Shown: positions 52,769 to 64,000 of the stretch, piece by piece
Layout of the letters: every line of letters starts with the position of its first letter
Numbering within the stretch: position 1 is the first letter of the stretch
Assembly (NCBI GenBank): GCA_004431415.1
Contig: QPMI01000649.1
Span: 62,001-126,000, forward strand
Reading direction: 5' to 3'
DNA: 64,000 bases
Origin: Cyanophora paradoxa CCMP329
Lineage: Eukaryota; Plantae; Glaucophyta
Position numbers and translations under genes: made by a program
The notes under the pieces: model-generated
What the model saw: only the letters and a program-made list of their open reading frames with translations
What the model was told of the DNA's origin: nothing
Databases searched by the model: none

Positions 52769-55242
52769 ATGAATCCGGATCCGGACAGTGCCTGTGCGCT
52801 CTTCGCGCTTGCTTAAACTTCGCAATTAATTGCACGCGCAACTGATATTGATTGCGCACTCGCGCGGCAGGCTCAAGCTTCGCAAGCATCTGCGCAGCTG
52901 CCGGTGCGCGCGACTCGCGATTGCGCCCACTCGCGATATATTCAACACGTGTATTCGCGATCGTGCAGACGCTGCACCCGATGAGATCCTCGCACGTATT
53001 TTCGGCCTGCTTGCCGCCGAGGACCGCTGTTGCGCGGCAGCGGTCTGCACGGCGTGGCGGCGGGCGGCGCGGGAGCCGCCCTTCAGCAAAGAGCTCTCGC
53101 TGAAGTGCGCGAATTCGAATTTAGTTCTTGTTATCCAATTTCGCCCGAGTTTCGCCCGTCGCGTTGAAATTGAATTCCGTTGACGTCCTATCGGATTTGA
53201 ATTTAGTTTCGCAGGGTCTTCGTGGACGCAACATGCAAATCAGTCGAGCTCGAGGGCAGTCCGACCGAGGCTTTCAGGAGAAGACTGCGGGAACATTTCT
53301 TCGATGAGGATAATTTGCTTCATGAGGATCCGGCTTTGCTTCGGGAGCTGACCGCAGCGAATGACCGCGGTGGGCGCCGCGGCCAACTTCTTTCCGTGAG
53401 AGAGGCGGTAGCGATTATGCGCTCCCCGTTCTGCTCCGACATCACGGATCTCAAACTGGCTTTGTTTTTCACTAATCGGGACGTCGACGCGGGTCGATCG
53501 TTTCCAATTCGCGACGTTGAACGCCCTGAGCCCTTGTTCGTCCCGCTCGTCAAGACTCTCCTTACCGCCTCTCCCTCTTCCGTCGAAAAGCTGGAGATCG
53601 TCGAGCCCTCCTCTGCTAATTATAAGAGCTTCGAGAGCTTCGAGCCCTCCTCTGTTGTCGCCCCCCTCGTTCCGATGAGCAGCCTTCCCAATTTGCGTGA
53701 GCTTCACGTGTCTCAGACATTCGGCGGTTTCGGCAACGGATCCGGATATCTCCGCCCTGCCTCCGTCCACGAGGTTCGAATTCGAGCTCTCGATTTTATG
53801 TAATTCATTTATCGATTTCATGATCATCTTGGTATTGATGCCAAGGATGCCAAGTATGTCATGATCACAGTATTGACGCCATATATGTGCAGTTAAATCG
53901 AATTCAACCGCATCCTGCTCTTGAGACCCTTGGCGTGGCTGTGTTCATGTGCGGTGGCAGAGACGATGTTGCAGCCGACTTACTCGAGCCATTTCCGTCC
54001 CTCCGGCGAGTTTCCAGGCTCTTCCTGGGCAACAGCGGCCACGCAAACGATTTCTCGGGCATGGGCAGTGGGGCGGAAGAAGACCTGCACGACCTCGCAA
54101 AAGCGGGGGTGCAGTTCAGCCACCTGTCGCTTCTTCTGTGCGATCTCGCCTCCGACAGCGCGGCCCGAGACCTGGCGGCAGTCGTGCAGTCGAGCGTGCA
54201 GTTATTCGAGTGTCGCCTTCCAGCCAGTTGGCCGGAGGGGGCCTTTCATGGACTTGAAAGGTTCGGAAATTCGAAATATTAATCGGCATCGATAATGTGC
54301 ATGATCGCCGATTTAATTTGCATGAATCTTGGTGTTCGCAGTCTTCTCGTGTACAAGTGCCGTCTCACCCCTGCGATAATCCAATGGCTTGGCAGTGAGT
54401 CGAGTCATATTAAGATTTGCCCCGATCGCAACTAGCAGCCGCATTCCAATTATAGAGACTACCGCATCAAATGATTTGCGAATTTCAGGTGGCGCGCACG
54501 TCGCGACATTGAAGAAATTAACCCTAAGCCTGGCTCTCGACGACTACACGGTCAATCCGCGACCGGAATCTCAAGATCGCGGGCCTCAATTCGATACCCA
54601 CCACATCCCGGGCAAGCATGCGCAATATAAGCCTGCATGGGCGTTTGGGCGTTAGACGCAATATAAGCCTGCATGGGCGTCCAGTCTAGACCTGATTACT
54701 ATATTTCCGCCGGCGCCTCGCAGAGCTGTTAGCGGCCCTCGAAAACCTGGATAAGGGGACGAAGGTGGAGCTGCTAATCAGCGGGCCCTGGCCCCACGAG
54801 GAGATCGCCGCTCTCGTGGAAGGCCTCTGCGCCTGCGAGAGGCTCCGCGGCCGCGTCCAGCTCAAGCTCTGCGGGTCCTTCGGCCTCGGCCTGTTTTCTT
54901 CGTTTGATCCAGAAGGCTGCAGGCAGCCGTGCGCGTGGGTGAGTGCGTGCGCATGCTGAGAGTTTCGTGTGCACGTGATATCGATCTGGCGCGTTGACGC
55001 GAATTTTGAAAATATTTGCACAGACCATCGGCCTCGCGCGATCTCGCGCGAATTACGATATCGATCAATATCGCGAGATGCAGAACATGTGTCCCGAGGA
55101 GCTTTCGAACCTGCTGTGGAGCCACGAAGAGCTGGAGGCAATGAATAAAAGCGGACTGCATGTCAATAGCGACTATTTTCACCTCGCAACAAATGCTGAT
55201 GATTTAATATGGACGGATGGCGAAAAAATTGTAGACTGGTAA
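52769..55242 (+). CDS. F-box protein with LRR-like segments, lower GC, ends uncertain
   Basis: PDEILARIFGLLAAEDRCCAAAVCTAWRRAA (F-box) at about 52960-53075; later LPNLRELHV, HPALETLGV and FPSLRRVSRL; AT-rich introns. Confidence 0.75.
54620..54681. repeat. Short direct repeat
   Basis: CGCAATATAAGCCTGCATGGGCGT occurs twice. Confidence 0.8.
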
Positions 55243-55495
55243 ATTTCTGCTGCTGATGTCTTGCATATCATTGAATTGCGGTTGCCATTGCCACATGCGG
55301 GTGGGGAGTTCTAGACCTAGAAGGGCGAGTTTCGATCAAAATTTAGTGCGCGCATGAGAAGCTGCAGCTGTTCTGTAGGCACAAGGGCGTGTCGTCGTGT
55401 CGAACCCATGCTGGACCGAGGAAGAACTGGACCGCAGGCCTAGGGAAGCCTACGGGATTCGGGAATTCGAAGTCTTTTGAAGGGATTCCGGATTC

Positions 55496-56793
55496 GCCGT
55501 CGGCCCCCAGCCGGAGACCCGCAACGACGACAAATGCATATTCTACATGCACATACCAACCCCCCGCCGGCGTGCCCCGTACCCCCATTGACGGCGCGGT
55601 ACCCCCGCAGGTACTCGGGCAAGACGGTCGAGATCAACAACACCGACGCGGAGGGCCGCCTCGTGCTCGCCGACGGGGTGCGCCCCCCGCCCCGCCCCTT
55701 TTTTCGCCCTTTCATTAATCGCGTACCCCTCCCCAGCTCGCGTACGCGGTGAAGCACCTGCAGCCGGACGTGATCCTCGACATGGCGACCCTCACGGGCG
55801 CCCAGGTCCGCGTACCCCCCGTCCCCCCACGCCCGCCCCTCCTCCTCCGGCCTTACCTCCGGAACGCAGGACGTCGCGACGGGCCAGAAGCACGCCGCGG
55901 TGCCCCTCCACACTCCCCCCCCCCCACGCCCCTCCCCGCGCCCCTCTGGCCCCCCTGAGCCCCCCCCCCCCAAGATCATCGCGAACGACGAGGAGCTGGA
56001 GGGGGCGTGCGTGCGCGCGGGGCGCGCCTCGGGCGACCTCGTCCACCCCCTCCTCGTGCGGCCCCTGGGAGGGTGGGGCGAGGGAGGGCGGGGCGGAGAG
56101 GGCAGAGACGCTGCGCATCTAGTCCGGGCCTCTGATGGCAGATCCGTGGTCGGACTGACCGTCCGCCCGCGCAGTACTGCCCGGAGTTCTTCCGCGGCGA
56201 GTTCTCCAGCTCCGTCGCCGACATAAAGAACAGGCGCGCCGGGCCCTCCTCCCGGGCTACTTCTCGCCCCCCGCTGACGCGGGGCCTCCGCCTCCCTCTG
56301 CAGCGTGAAGAACCGCATGAACGCATCCTCCTCCTGCGCCGCCCAGGTCCCGCCCCTTTCTCTCCCTGCTAGATAATCGGGCGGGACGCGGGGATGGGAA
56401 ACAGTAACATGGCGGGATACGATGACGGTGGCTCGAGCTAGCTAGCCCCTCGAATCCGATCCCCGCCCCCGATCCGCCCGCTCATCGTTTGCCCCTCTAT
56501 TTTATTTTTAGTTCCTGGCGGACCACCTCGGGGAGTACGCCGGCAAGTGGGTCCACGTCGACATGGGTGCGGAGTGTACCCCCCTCTCTCTTCCCCCCCC
56601 ATCTCCTTCCCCAGCGTCTCAATATCCGGGCGCAGCGTACCCCGTGCACAGCGGGGAGCGGGCGACGGGGTACGGCGTCGCCCTCATCACCGAGCTCTTC
56701 GGGCGCTAGGCGCCGCGCTTGCGCTTGTTCCTATACCCGAACAGTTACTGCTCCCTGTCTCGCGCGCCCACTGATGCAGCGAGTCTGTGGCGC
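55496..56793 (+). pseudogene. 5'-truncated, intron-containing duplicate of the NPEPL1-like gene 3' end (source about 51175-52553)
   Basis: Exons from [17 protein letters not shown] to ITELFGR* (stop 56707-56709) and the 3' UTR are near-identical to the upstream gene. The N-terminal domain and first metal-binding motifs are missing. Confidence 0.85.
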
Positions 56794-56802
56794 CATCGGA
56801 TC

Positions 56803-56952
56803 AGGGAGCCCTAGATCTAGAGGAGGGAGCCCTAGAGGATCCGGTGGGGTTGGGAGGGGGGGGGGCCCTGAGGATCCGCCGAGGGGCCTAGAGGAGGAAG
56901 CCCTAGAGGAGGAAGCCCTCCTCCTAGAGGGGCCTAGAGGAGGAAGCCCTGG
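56803..56952. repeat. Purine-rich CCCTAGAGGAGGAAG-like tandem repeat
   Basis: Several CCTAGAGG units immediately after the duplicated 3' UTR. Confidence 0.75.
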
Positions 56953-57159
56953 GCTGTCGAGGTACGAGGATTTTAAAGGGGGGAAGGGGGGAGGGGGGGG
57001 TGGATTCAATTAAAAATAAAATTTTCGAAGCTCAAGAGGGGATCGATGCGTACGCGTGGAGCATGGAAAGCTTCGATCGAGGGTTTTTTTCATTCGCGAG
57101 TTTCAAGCTCGAGAAAGTAGCCGGCGCAGACTGCAACTGCATCAGCGCGGCGCTCGGGC

Positions 57160-60100
57160 ATGGCCGCAGAAGCGCGCAAGCAAGAAGCGCGCGCGGATGC
57201 GCGCCTCGCGAGAGCCGCAGTCGATCTCCATCTCGATCATCTACCGGGTGCACGCCTGCGTATGCAATTGCAACGAGCACGCGTACGCTGCAGCTGGCGA
57301 TGGCTCATTCGCCGCGCGCGCGTGCGCAGACGACCTTCTCCCGTGCTTTATTCTGGCTTTCGTCAGCCAAGCATCTCGTCAGCCAGGATGCAGCTCGATT
57401 GGAGTCCTTCGCAGCGTCGGCCACGCCTCCAATCGGCTCCGCGCCGCAGCTCTGCACCCGCTCTCCCTGGAGGAGCCGCGCTTCACAGTTCGCGCTAATA
57501 TTAAATTTTAAAATAAATATCGCTGTTCGCGCCCACTTGCTGAGAGATTCCCAGCACGAGGACACTAAGGCAGCCATTCTGGAATTCTGCCGTCGGGAAG
57601 GGCACAAGTTTCGCAAGCTCTGCTTGAGCGGGCTTCCTCAGTTGCAGTCAGAGGATATTTCAAAGGTACGCAGAGAATATCGATTGAATTTGAAAGATCT
57701 AGCTAAAACGCGAATCAATATTTAATGCGCATGCATTTTCTCAGATCCTGGATTCGACTTCAAATATAACCCACCTGTCCTTGGCGTACTCTGCAGACGG
57801 ACAAACAATTGAACGTCTGCCGGAGCTCCCGCACCTTGTGCACTTCAATGCTTCCGACACGCGTATCAAACAAGCTGCACTACACACTTTGCTCGCGTCT
57901 TGCAGTTCAACGATCACGAGTCTGTATTTGAGGTATAGAGTTTTGGTCATAACATAATCAATCAATCCTTAAGCTTCGCGCGCGATCGCGCAGCAATACC
58001 CAACTTGGACTTGAAGTCAAAGAGACGTCGACCTTGCAAAAAACCCGCAATGCAGGAAATTTGAAGGGCATTCGTGTCTCAAGTATTGTTCAGTTGCTGC
58101 CCATGATACCGAATTCTTCTGGGTGCGATCTAGATCTGTAAACCAGAATCATGATATCTGCAAGAGGCTAGCGCTGTCTGAAAAAGGTTAACGTCAAGCT
58201 TAAGGTGTCTGTGTTCATGCAGATTCCCCAAGATGAACTCGCTGGATCTTTCAAGGACAAAATGTGACGAAAAAGATCTTCGCAATTTATTTGTTGATCT
58301 TCCCAGGCTGCAAGAACTTTTCATCGTGCGTCTCGAGAGATCATTCAATTTGATTTGCTGCGCATGCATGCCGAGGTCTAATTATATAATTATATATAAT
58401 ATTCATGATATCGATGCAACCGAAGGTAAAGCCTTTGCAATTGCGAGAGCGTGGAGGATCCGGAGTCAGTCACATGCAAGGCCTAGGAGCTCGCCAAGAG
58501 GTGGTCGAGTGGTCTGCAAAGAAATTGTGCGCAGCGGCTTTCCAGAATCGAAGGGACATCATAGTCGTCCACGATGATTTCTTAGAGTTGGTGAGACCTA
58601 ATCTTTCTTGCATGACTTCGAATTCATAAATAATTCGTTTTGCAATAAATACCTGCTGGAACAGGTCAGCGAGTTGTTCTTTGAGTCTGCAGCTGGACCC
58701 GGGAGTTACGATCGCGATCGGTAATTCTAATTCTGTATATACAAATTACCGATTAGGTTCTCATCAGGTTTCTGTGCAGATCTAGAACAATAACCAGGGA
58801 GGAACTGTTTCAGAACCTCCTGCCGATCGTTCAAAAGTGCTCTGGGTTCGATTCGTATTTCTCAAACGGAGCGACGCCTTTTCTTGGTGCGCATGCGCTC
58901 TCGAATTCGAACACGCTATTATATTTTGTTCATCTAAAATTGCTGTAGTCGTTTGCTATACCTAACATTATAATAAATATAACATCCCTGCACGGGCACG
59001 TACAGCCGCCATCGCTCTCGGGCGGTTCGACCTAGCGCGCCGCTTCGTATCCGAGTTCGGAGCCTCAACGGATTCTGTCATCCTTCCAGTAGGCTTTCGT
59101 GCACAACCCCGTACGTGCACGTGGGTGCGACCTGGTTTGCTAGCTTGCTTTTGATTCGAACTCCGAGCTCGCGCTTCAAACTAATTTCAGAAATAGGCTG
59201 CACCTTTTCCGATGGCTCCAGTACTGCCCATGGGTTTCCAGGACGTCGACGAGCGTTCTTTTTTCTCGAGCTCTGCGACGCACAGGTTGAGCGCAGCTAA
59301 GCCATTGGAACCATCGTTGCCTTCGAGTCTCACCAGCAAAGACAGTGCCGGGCAACACGCTCTCCATATTCTCATGCAGGATACCTTGTCACAACTGGAA
59401 GGCCATTCCATGGCCAGTTCGCGATCGGGACCTGCTGTCCGAGGAACCCCGCGCGGTGCAACGCCGTCAAACTCCGAAACTTTGAAGGTGCGAGATCTAG
59501 CTCGAGCTGGATCAAAACATTGATATCATGATCATGCATGTATACGTATTTATGCGCATGTATTCTTATATGCAAGTGCACGTGCACAATCCTCTGATCT
59601 GATTATTTGCATATGCACATATATATATCCCGCATCGTGCTAATGCTTCCTTAATTATACGCATATGAAGTGGCCTATAACTAATTATCGTGTTCAGCTT
59701 ATTCGGGAATGGCGCCTCGAACGCCTCGCAAGCCGACCAGCATGGCAGCGACAAAGCATCTACAGCTGCATTACTAAAGATCAGGATCGGTTGAGCCGTT
59801 TCTGGAAAGATCCGCTCCTCCATCGACTCGTCACCGCCCTGCGGAGCGTGGAAGTTCCGGCAGACGATCAAAACGGTGCTTCGGAGTTTCAGCGGATCGC
59901 CTCTGCGAATGCCTACGGAAGGCCCAACGAGATCCCAGCTGTGAAACGAGTTCGGCCAGGGGGGGTACAGGGGGGGTACAGGGGGGGAGGGGCGGGGGGC
60001 CCGGGGAGCCCGGGGGGGGGGGGCCATGGGGCCCGCCGGGGGGCGACTGGTTCAGCCCCGCTGTGAAGGTCGACGGGTTGCGCACCGAGTAGCCTTTCGC

Positions 60101-63100
60101 AGCTCCACAGGAGTCTCGCTTGCATTTCTCTTGAAGCTTGGAGCCGACGTTTCCAGCGTGGTGAGGCTCGTCAATAATTTAAGCCGATCATAAGTTCTGG
60201 CTGGTTACTTGATTCGCGCAGAACGTGTCGGGAAAGAACATATTTCACATTGCGCTTGAGTCGAAGTCGAGCTCGAACTCGAAAGCGAAGGATCGCGCAA
60301 CGCGCATGCTTGCAGCGCATTTATTCTCAACAGTGCAAGGCGAGGACGCAAAAGCGTGTTTGAATACCGTCGGTCCGATGCGTTATTACATTTCGACTAA
60401 ACCTAATTCGAATTTTCTGCCTTCAAGAGCTCTTCTCACTCGCGTCAACGTTGAAACGTTGACAGATAAAAGTGGAAAGACCCCTGCAAGTGCTGCTTTG
60501 CCTTGCCGGCACGACCAGAGATCTAGAGTCTCTGCAGGTGAGGCAAATTTAAAACTACTTCAGATGCATATCCGGTATTATACATATTTAATGTTTTCCT
60601 CATTTGGAGCTAGATATGATCGAGCTGATCAAGTTCCTTGTTCAACGGGAGGATTTCTGCACATCTTCAGTAGACGGGAATGGGTGGACGGTCCTGCACC
60701 ACGTCGCTCAGCACTGCTCGCATCTTTGGCTCGATCGCGAAGACGGACCCGCACCCGAACTCTTAGGTCCGCTTGATCCAAATGCAATACTAATCTGACC
60801 GCATATATATACCGGCGCGCGATCGCATGCTCAGAGGCCTTCGGAATCAAGCGGAAAGCGAAGTCCGGGCCTACTCTTTTCTCTGTCATCGGAACAATGT
60901 TAAGTGCGCGCATGAACATGTAATTATAATATGGTTGGTATAGATATCGATAATATCGATGTCGTGCTCAGACGCTCACGGAAACAAGCTGAATGCAAAT
61001 TCCCTGGACAATTTTGGCCGGTCGCCCTTATTCCTCGCAGCTGTATCTGGAGATGAACATGCGCTGGAGGTAGCTATAGCTATAGGATTTCAGGCTCAAG
61101 CTCAAGATCTTAAAAAAGCTCAAGCTTACATGCTAAGCAGGCATTGCTGAAAATACCGAGCATCGACCTTAATCGTTCAGTTAATGGCAGGTAATTGCGA
61201 TTAGAATGCATCAATATTTCTACTTATTAATGCTGCGGATTCAGGACGCCTCTATATGGCGCATGTGTTGTGCGGTCCTCCGAGATTGTGGAAAAGCTCA
61301 TATCAGCCGGCGCGGATGTGAATATGAAACCGGCGGGGGGCCCACATCCTCTGCTGGCCCTCCTTGTGAACTCTCTAGCTCGGCAGGCGTTATCCGATCA
61401 GATATTCGAATTCATGCGCTCCGCGTATCCCGCCTCCGCATTCAACAGAAAGGTGAATTCGATGATAAATGATGAATGCAAGATAGCTGATGGAAGTTGC
61501 CATTGCAGCTGCAGAGCTTACTTTGCTCCAAATTCATGGAGCGGAACGTATCTGCCTGCAATCTTGTTGATGTTGCGCATGGATGCTCTCGCAGCAACTC
61601 CCATACCATCGCACTGCGAATTTAAACTCGGCATGTGTGTACGTAGAGCACAGTGGAAAGAATGCCTTGCACTTCGCGGCAGAGCGGGATGGTCCGAACG
61701 TCAAGGCGCTCATGAACACGCAACTTGCGGAAGACTTCCATGCAGCGCTACATCTTCAAGACAATCTTGGTTACTTCACAACGATATCGATTCTAATCAT
61801 GATCGATATTATTTGATGAACGACGCCTCGGCTTATAAATAGCGCTGTCATCGGCATGCGCAATTGCAAGCAGGTCGAACTCCGTTGATGTTGGCGATAG
61901 AGCTCGACAACAAAGACGACGCCTACAAACTCCTGTCTCGCTCCGACCTCCTTGCACGCGTACGACTTCAACATTCAATGCATTTTTAATATGCGTATTG
62001 AATTTTCAAGACACTAGCAGACCGCGCGCGCCCAGCCCTGTGCAAGATCGGCAAGTGCGGGCCGCGCGCGGAGGTGCAAGGGGGGGTACTGGTACACATT
62101 GCAGGGTACTTAGGGTGTGTGTGTGTGGGAGGGGGAGGGGGGGGGGGGGGTGGGGGGAGGGGGCAGAGAGGCAAGGCGGGCGGCCGGGCGAGGCGGGCGG
62201 GGTCGCGAGGCGGGCAGGTGGGGTGGCGTCGCGGGCGGCGGCATCAGGCAGGCAGGCAGGCGAAGGCGGCGGCGGGCGGGGAAGCGGGCGGAGGGGCAGG
62301 TGGCGCCGGGCCTTGCGCATAGCCTGCACATACGCAGAGCTGAGGCGTCAGCTCGCCCCGGACAGCAGCCGTGCGGGGGCGGGGCCCAGCGGGGGCGGCC
62401 GGGCCAGGTGCGCGGCAGCAGCGGCGGGGCGAACCTGGAGTCGACGACGCTGAAGCAGCCGGCGAGGCGGCGGGCGAGGAAGCGGGCGGAGGGGCAAGTG
62501 GCGCCGGGCCCTGCGCATAGCCTGCACATACGCAGAGCTGAGGCGTCAGCTCGCCCCGGACAGCGGCCGTGCGGGGGCGGGGCCCAGCGGGGGCGGCCGG
62601 GCCAGGTGCGCGGCAGCAGCGGCGGAGCGAACCTGGAGTCGATGACGCTGAGGCAGCCGGCAGGGCGGCGGGCGGGGAAGCGGGCGGAGGGGCAGGTGGC
62701 GCCGGGCCCTGCGCATAGCCTGCGCAGGGCCGAGGCGTCAGCTCGCCCCGGACAGCCGCGGCGCAGGGGCGGGGCCTAGCCCGACGCGACGTACTAGGAG
62801 CAGCTGCGAATGCTGCGACGCCGCGGCCGCCACACTCTGCTACGGAACGCCGGCCGCGGTTCAAGCCACGCATACGTGGGGCCGAGGCGTGCAAGTGGCG
62901 ACCCGCCCCGTGCTTGAACCGCGCTTGAAGAGCTTGACAACATCGAGCTGGAGTCTGCTCGATCATGAATCGGAGTCCATCAGAAACCGAGAGCGTTGGC
63001 AAAACGCCGCGGCCGCGGGCGCGCACACAGCCGGCGTCGCGGCGTCTCGGGCGCCTTCTTCCTGCACTCTCGCGGCGCTCTCCGCCACCAGGAGCGGCTG

Positions 63101-64000
63101 TGCCCGCATTCGCCACCAGGAGCGCATCCGCGGCTGTTCCCGCACGGTGCAGGTGTCGCCGCCGAGGCCGCAGCCGGAAGCGCACCGGAACGCGACGTTG
63201 CGGGCGCGCCGCTCCGGCGCGCGCTCCGCATGCGGATGCTCGGCCCCGCGACCTCGACCTCTGGGCCGGGCTCTGGCATGTGTACCCAGCAATCGCCTGA
63301 AACTCTCAGGAGCACTTTTTTCCGGCGCCCGGTACAACAGGTACTTGAGGCGGCCTAGCGCGCCACACGCCGCTTCTCGAGCCCAGGCATGTATGACAGA
63401 GTTTGTAGAGCGCATTGAGAGCATTCAGGAGCACGTGGTCCGGCGCATATAGCAATAGCAGGTGAGGAGCGGCTTCGACATGTTTGCGCAGCCCCGCCCT
63501 TGCATTGTTTTTCGCCGCTCGCAGCGGCTACGATGCGATCACACCTATACGAGAGCGCATGCAAAGAATCGCATCTTACAAAAATTGCTAACACAGAAAG
63601 TACGCCGCACCAACTCACCAGGGGAGCAAGGGAGGGGGTACCCCCCCTTGCAATGATTTCGCAGGATTTCGAAGGGTCCACGGCGCTCCATCGATGCTCG
63701 CTGGAGCTTGCCGACATCGGCTGTCGAATCATAGAAGCATGCCCCGAGGCAAGCGCCAGGAATTACCTAGTACTTGATGCAATTAATATGACGCAATTAA
63801 CGTGAAGTAGGCCGTAAATCTGACAGATTATTATGGCCGTACGCCACTTCACTGGAGGGCAGGAGAGATGTTTTCGCCACTGGATTCGCATTCGGCAAAG
63901 CCCCATAGTCATGGCCAGAGCCACATGAAGCGCTACGTCAAGTTGTTGGTGGCACGCTCTGACCTGGCTGCTCAGGTGCCTCGCACTTTTCTTCGGTATA
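57160..64000 (+). CDS. Large F-box-like / LRR / ankyrin-repeat protein, multi-exon, continues beyond window
   Basis: HLDHLPDDLLPCFILAFV (F-box-like); LRR-like FRKLCLSGLPQL, ITHLSLAY, LVHFNASDTRI and MNSLDLSRTKC; ankyrin motifs GWTVLHHVA, DNFGRSPLFLAA, RTPLYGAC...KLISAGADVN, GKNALHFAA and DYYGRTPLH. It could be two genes. Confidence 0.7.
59947..60060. mobile_element. Tiny G-rich insertion with TSD-like flanks (degenerate MITE)
   Basis: CTGTGAAA (59939-46) and CTGTGAAG (60061-68) flank a 114-bp G-rich block in a lower-GC gene. TIR similarity is weak. Confidence 0.55.
62267..62775. repeat. 198-bp tandem repeat, about 2.5 copies, inside a GC-rich insertion
   Basis: GAAGCGGGCGGAGGGGCA recurs at 62281, 62479 and 62677 (period 198). 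Confidence 0.92.

Noticed and set aside
62267-62775. CRISPR array or repeat-protein CDS
   Set aside because: Units are contiguous 198-bp repeats without unique spacers, the context is eukaryotic, no cas genes are present, and the translations look like shadow frames.

Overview
Eukaryotic nuclear DNA with very high GC, dense genes and many short introns that are C-rich on the sense strand. Most long six-frame ORFs are GC shadow frames, so genes were assembled by eye across GT-AG and GC-AG introns and exon boundaries are approximate. Two proteins start with Phe-containing, transit-peptide-like leaders (MATTAFSIGVP, MEAACFAAAAVP). Together with the intron style this suggests a glaucophyte such as Cyanophora (inference, not proven). 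Genes in order: Ctr copper transporter (5'-truncated), two hypothetical genes, WW/IQ protein, CENP-C-like protein with a histone-H1-like tail, F-box/LRR protein, EF-hand protein, RING-B-box-coiled-coil-WD40 protein, PQQGY-repeat protein, plastid-type RNI-like LRR protein, HDAC11-like deacetylase, tandem PGDYG-like protein, cyanobacterial-type SAM methyltransferase, coiled-coil hypothetical protein, NPEPL1-like M17 aminopeptidase, F-box protein, an intron-containing duplicate of the aminopeptidase 3' end, and an F-box-LRR-ankyrin gene running off the window. Intergenic DNA holds several non-autonomous DNA transposons (hAT-type with 8-bp TSDs, Tc1/mariner-type with TA TSD) within tracts dense in short palindromes. 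No rRNA, tRNA or CRISPR array was recognised. I did not find a clear multi-gene novel system. The best leads are the unusual CENP-C architecture, the bacterial-type PGDYG protein, the exon-conserved NPEPL1 duplicate, frequent GC-AG introns and a strand-biased GTACCCC intron signature.
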